Of a DNA stretch of 64,000 nucleotides, positions 59,376 through 64,000 are shown in pieces; position 1 is the first letter of the stretch, and the number at the start of each line of letters is the position of its first letter. The notes under the pieces are model-generated. The model was not told where the DNA came from and made no database searches. It saw only the letters and a list, made by a program, of their open reading frames with translations. The position numbers and the translations under genes are program-made. The DNA comes from Macrostomum hystrix (lineage: Eukaryota; Animalia; Platyhelminthes): contig CATNEN010000010.1 in assembly GCA_950097015.1 (NCBI GenBank), positions 310,001 through 374,000 on the forward strand. Direction: 5' to 3'.

Positions 59376-59965
59376 TGTCTCATCTCTCCTGTGTCTCATC
59401 TCTCCTGTGTCTCTTCTCTCCTGTGTCTCATCTATCCTGTGTCTCATCTCTCCTGTGTCTCTTCTCTCCTGTGTCTCATCTATCCTGTGTCTCATCTCTC
59501 CTGTGTCTCTTCTATCCTGTGTCTCTTCTCTCCTGTGTCTCTTCTCTCCTGTGTCTCATCTCTCCTGTGTCTCATCTCTCCTGTGTCTCATCTCTCCTGT
59601 GTCTCATCTCTCCTGTGTCTCATCTCTCCTGTGTCTCATCTCTCCTGTGTCTCTTCTCTCCTGTGTCTCATCTCTCCTGTGTCTCATCTCTCCTGTGTCT
59701 CATCTCTCCTGTGTCTCATCTCTCCTGTGTCTCTTCTCTCCTGTGTCTCATCTCTCCTGTGTCTCATCTCTCCTGTGTCGCATCTCTCCTGTGTCTCATC
59801 TCTCCTGTGTCTCTTCTCTCCTGTGTCTCATCTCTCCTGTGTCTCATCTCTCCTGTGTCTCATCTCTCCTGTGTCTCATCTCTCCTGTGTCTCTTCTCTC
59901 CTGTGTCTCATCTCTCCTGTGTCTCATCTCTCCTGTGTCGCATCTCTCCTGTGTCTCATCTCTCC
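59376..59965. repeat. 16-bp pyrimidine-rich minisatellite (gtctcatctctcctgt)
   Basis: Direct reading; produces Cys/Ser/Leu artefact ORFs in all three plus frames. Confidence 0.97.
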
Positions 59966-60241
59966 ATTATATCACATTTCTACAATCAATGCGACCCGCT
60001 GTAGTCTTTTACGTTTTCTATTTGGCCCGCTAGCTAATAAGTTTGCCGACCCCTGCTTTACATCTAATACAGACGTAAGGCATTATTAAATCAAGCTGCA
60101 ATTTTCCCATTGCAAAATTTCACTCACAATAGAAAGCCAAGGCTTCTTGCCTGTTTGCCATATTTGTTAGCAGCATTCTATAACTGTCAGTCCTTAGTAG
60201 GAGTCGCATAAGCAGTGTCGCATTTATCCGCTTGTTTTTTT

Positions 60242-60586
60242 GCTCGAATTCAAGCTTCAGGCGAATAAAGCGAGTCGAGCTCGGCATCGCTTTGCTCGGC
60301 TACACAAATACGTCATCGGCAGTTTGGCTCGAATTCAAGCTTCAGGCGAATAAAGCGAGTCGAGCTCGGCATCGCTTTGCTCGGCTACACAAATACGTCA
60401 TCTGCAGTTTGGCTCGAATTCAAGCTTCAGGCGAATAAAGCGAATCGAGCTCGGCATCGCTTTGCTCGGCTACACAAATACGTCATCTGCAGTTTGGCTC
60501 GAATTCAAGCTTCAGGCGAATAAAGCGAGTCGAGCTCGGCATCGCTTTGCCCGGCTACACAAATACGTCATCTGCAGTTTGGCTCG
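60242..60586. repeat. 85-bp tandem repeat, 4 copies, each with AATAAA and an internal inverted repeat
   Basis: Units start at 60242, 60327, 60412 and 60497, and are nearly identical. Confidence 0.97.
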
Positions 60587-62149
60587 GGGGTGGAAAAGCA
60601 AATCATGAAACTGATCCGGCGGTGCAGGAAGAAAATCTGGATGAGATGAGGGCGGGGATTTCCAAGATTTCATTTGAATCGGCCGAGGGACAGGCGAGAG
60701 ATTACTGCAGGGGATTAGCAACGAAGCGAGCAGGAAACTGTCATACCTCCTGCTACAGCAGCTCAATCAGCATAAAGGAAATTAAGCGAATGGCTTTCAA
60801 TCATCTTTCATTGCAAACATGCAGTTTTCAAAGGGGAAATTATTGCTCAAGATAATTCGTCATCTGACGGTCTTATTTCCCCTCCGCGTCTTATTTCCAT
60901 AAGTTGCAAATGGTCATCCAGCTCCAGGTCAGCAATCAGATATGCACTTTTAGCAAGTCCTCCAGAGACGCGTGCACGCGTAACTTACCTAGAAAATTGC
61001 CATGCGTTGCGTCACTACTCTATTGTAAAGCTAACCAATCAATGTTCTTGTTCATGTTCTTCTCGGCTTGTCTACTTGTGATGTTAGCCAGATGAGCCAA
61101 AATTGAGCTCAGTTCTTTCATGAGAATGTGCTGAACAAAAACATGCCTAATTAGAGCAAAATCCCACAAGCAAGACTCGTTCTTGCACCTGCCAACTCCC
61201 AAAAACCAAAGCCAGTTGAATAAAAAAGTGGGTAAAAATGAAATAAAGTTGCAAAAAGCAATATTACGGTACATTTCAAAGCTGACTAACAACTCAAAGC
61301 AACTGACACAAATCACAAGTCAAGGAAGTCAACAACGCAGTGAATTGTACTATTGCAAAAGAGGGAAATTGTGGCAGACGGAGTTCGTGAAATTTCACGG
61401 CGACATGGAAACAAAAAAGACAAAATCACAAGTTAATAATAAGCTTATGAACCCCACAATCATTTAGTCCATTAGGGATTTAACTGACAAGGACGGAACT
61501 GGACAAGGGTTAGGGTTAACATTCCTGTTGGTCTCATGACCTCGCAAACCCGGAAACCTGGCACAAGGCAACGTACACTAGCCGTAGTTGCAAGCACCAG
61601 ATTCATTAGAGAGGCATGTTGAAAAATATCATCAGTAAAGTAGTAAATCACATCACTAAAATGGCAAAAGATAATCGAAAAACAACATTTACACTGCGTC
61701 ACGCGCCCATCACGACCGTCATTTTTAGAAACAGGGCACGTGACTTTCTCCATCCACTGTTTGTCCCACCCGCATGCGGGCTAGCACTTGTGGAGAATCA
61801 CAAACCACAAAACAAAACAAAATTACGCTGCGGCGCGACACAACTGACTTGATGTGGAATTAAGGAGCAGAAGGGAAACACGAGCTACCCTTGTAGGGAA
61901 AATATACCTGGTTAAAACAAAGAAAGACTAACGATAAAGAATTTGGCGAGATTCAGAGGTGAAAAACGCCTGATGGATTAAGAATCTTAAATCTCGCTGC
62001 CTAAAGAAGTCAAAAGCAAGACAAAGGAAAGAAGAAGTGCACACGAAGAAATTTAACGTTGAGAACGGAAGAAATGAATAAAACCTACGAATACTTATCA
62101 ATCGAAATAAACTGACTAATTTGTGTCCGACATGTGGTAAAGGGCGGCG

Positions 62150-62230
62150 CGGTCGACCTCACATCACGCCACAGACCGTGGATGTTGTCGGTCGACCTTA
62201 CATCACGCCACAGACCGTGGATGTTGTCGG
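62150..62230. repeat. 39-bp tandem duplication overlapping the ankyrin gene stop codon
   Basis: cggtcgacct(c/t)acatcacgccacagaccgtggatgttgt at 62150 and 62189. Confidence 0.9.
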
Positions 62231-63482
62231 CCGACCGGCCCGTCCGGCAGTTGCGGGCCCGCCCCTTCGCCCGTTGGCCGTCGGCGGTCCACGGTCAGGC
62301 GGCAGCAGCTTCAGCACCCGGCGCCGATGGCCCATGGCTGTTGCCGTCTCACGCAGCGACCTCGGCCTGCTAGAAGGCATCGCCGCTGCTGCCCCAGCCG
62401 CCACCGCCGACCCCGCAGTCCCCGCAGTTAAACTGTCAGACCGGTGGCCGCGATCGCGGATCTCGGCGTTGACGTTGCGGTTGGCCAGCAGCTGTACCAT
62501 CTTTCGAGTGTCACCAGCCAGAGTGGCGTGCACGAACTCGAGTGTGGCGCGGCTGCCCTCCAGCAGGTCCACAATCAGGCTGCCGGCACCGACATGGCGG
62601 GCGAAGCTGATGAGGCTCTCTCCGTCAGTGCGGGTGATGCGGACTCGAAACCAGCAGCCCAGCAGCCGATCCACCAGGAAATAGTCGCTTGCCTGCAGTG
62701 GATCGGAACAGGATTAGGGACATATAAATCGACGAAAATCACGGACAGTCGGGCCTACCTTAACGGCGGCCCACAGTCCGCCTGGAGGAAACTCTTCGTA
62801 TGCGCTGCGCGCAGCCTCCGCCGCTGAACGTGCTTCCTCATCTTCGGTGGTAGCAGCCTCTTCAGCAGAATCGACTAGAGCAGCAAAGTCGGCCGACGGT
62901 TCCTGGCGGGCACCGCAGCGCAGGAGGGCTCGCGTTAATAGGGGAAGGCGCCGACGCAGAGCGCGACGCAAAGGGGTGTCGCCACTGGCGTCCTCGGCGC
63001 TTGGGTCCACGTGGTGATTCGAGAGGGCGTAGATGAACGGCTCGAAGGCGGTCTCTGTCTGGTGCTCCGCTGTGGATGCCACCAAGTGCAGAAAGTTCAC
63101 GCCGAAGTTGGAGTCGGTGAGTGTGACAGACTGCTGCTGACAGTAGATGGCGTGGTACAGCGCAGACAGACTGCAGCTGACAATGGCTCGGTACACCGGA
63201 GAGCTGGCGAAATCCTTTGAAAAGACATGCAGACTGAAGCTGCCGTCGTTGGGCTCTATGGCTGATAATAAAATTAAGAAAAGCGGTAATCTTTAAACAC
63301 TAAGGAGCCTGCGTATCTTATCCCATACAAATTCTCCCCACCAGCATCGGATCTTCCAAGACTGCCTTACCGGACTCCAGCGAGCTGTCGGAGCAGCTGC
63401 AGTCCTCGATACTGGGATCCTCGCCGTCCAGTATGTCACTGCCATCGCTGTCCGCAGCGTGGTTATTCCGTCTGGAAGCCAT
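62198..63482 (-). CDS. Ankyrin-repeat protein. Exons 63482-63371, 63261-62759, 62692-62198; about 369 aa
   Basis: Donors G|GTAAGG (phase 1) and AAG|GTAGGC (phase 0) match acceptors ttatcAG|CC and actgcAG|GCA. Ankyrin-like segments: GVNFLHLVA, VDPSAEDASGDTPLRRALRRRLPLLTRALLRCGA, LWAAVKASDYFLVDRLL, FVHATLAGDTRKMVQLLANRNVNAEIRD. The 3' end is uncertain. Confidence 0.8.
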
Positions 63483-64000
63483 GCTGTTCGCGCGGCGCCA
63501 ATGACATGGCAGGTAAGCGCGAGACGCAGAAACTCGAATGGGCCCAGGTGGAAAGACTGCGAGCAGCCAATCTGGCGCACTGGCTCGCCACTCTCTCCCT
63601 CTATCTCAACTCTTTAGCCTTCTTGCTCTCGCTCGCCTTAACACCTGCATGTGAAAGTGGGCGCCCGCACTGTACACGCCTCATTCACTCTCTGCCCTAC
63701 GAGAAGTAGTGCGGGTGATTCAATGTACGCAGACGCTTCCACTCGCATGCGGCTCATACTCAAAAGTTTGGGTGGTAAGGAGTGGGTGAGGCGAATTGTG
63801 TACGCTAGGGCAGAGCTGGCGGAGGGGTGGGGAGACAAGGTGAGATGGAGTGGACTCTATTGGCTGGGCCAGTTGCGGAGCTTAGGAAATGGAAGAAGCT
63901 ATGGGGTGTGCAAACGCTAATTTTGCTGCTTTTTAGCTTAGCAAAATGCTACTGACTTGCTACTGACTGTTGGTGAGTAGCATTGAACGGTATTGACTCA

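Noticed and set aside
3264-60089. Many long low-complexity ORFs ([60 protein letters not shown] and others)
   Set aside because: They are translations of tandem DNA repeats, open in several frames or on both strands, and mostly lie inside introns defined by matching splice phases.
60242-60586. Vector polylinker contamination (EcoRI, HindIII, SacI, PstI sites)
   Set aside because: The sites are dispersed in a 4-copy unit with small variants between copies, and no vector backbone flanks it. A UniVec search would settle it.
11460-62620. Hammerhead ribozymes in the satellites (as in some flatworm repeats)
   Set aside because: Isolated CTGATGA words occur (for example near 11462, 26852, 34013, 62608), but none has the required GAAA and paired stems, and none is part of a repeat unit consensus.

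Overview
Eukaryotic (animal) genomic DNA, not prokaryotic: GC-rich exons, GT-AG introns, and introns and intergenic spacers packed with locus-specific minisatellites. This style suggests a free-living flatworm such as Macrostomum (inference only). Gene models were assembled by hand from splice signals, phase matching and recognisable motifs. (1) A minus-strand aldo-keto-reductase-fold protein with a signal-peptide-like first exon and no recognisable catalytic tetrad (1800-4431). (2) A 2-exon neprilysin/M13-like type II membrane protein lacking HExxH (7084-9047). (3) A complete 7-exon Na+/K+-ATPase alpha subunit, 1009 aa, with a GC-AG intron in the ouabain loop (12095-21119). (4) A small signal-peptide, Cys-rich, single-TM Shisa-like protein (26430-27260, minus). 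(5) A divergent 3-exon TRPC-like channel head-to-head with it (27926-31261). (6) A multi-exon copine carrying two +1 frameshifts (43805-51966). (7) An intronless coiled-coil + NHL-repeat protein (56327-57715, minus). (8) A 3-exon ankyrin-repeat protein (62198-63482, minus). Mobile DNA: a decayed Tc1/IS630-type transposase relic (about 24.1-24.6 kb) and a tRNA-derived CORE-type SINE (about 46.3-46.6 kb). About 27 different tandem arrays (units 7-85 bp, roughly 20 kb by hand tally) include a 7.6 kb 37-bp array. The most intriguing patterns are several intronic minisatellites that look like amplifications of their own splice-donor-proximal sequence, two apparent pseudoenzymes side by side, and structured variant codes in the large arrays. 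No CRISPR, rRNA or intact tRNA was found.
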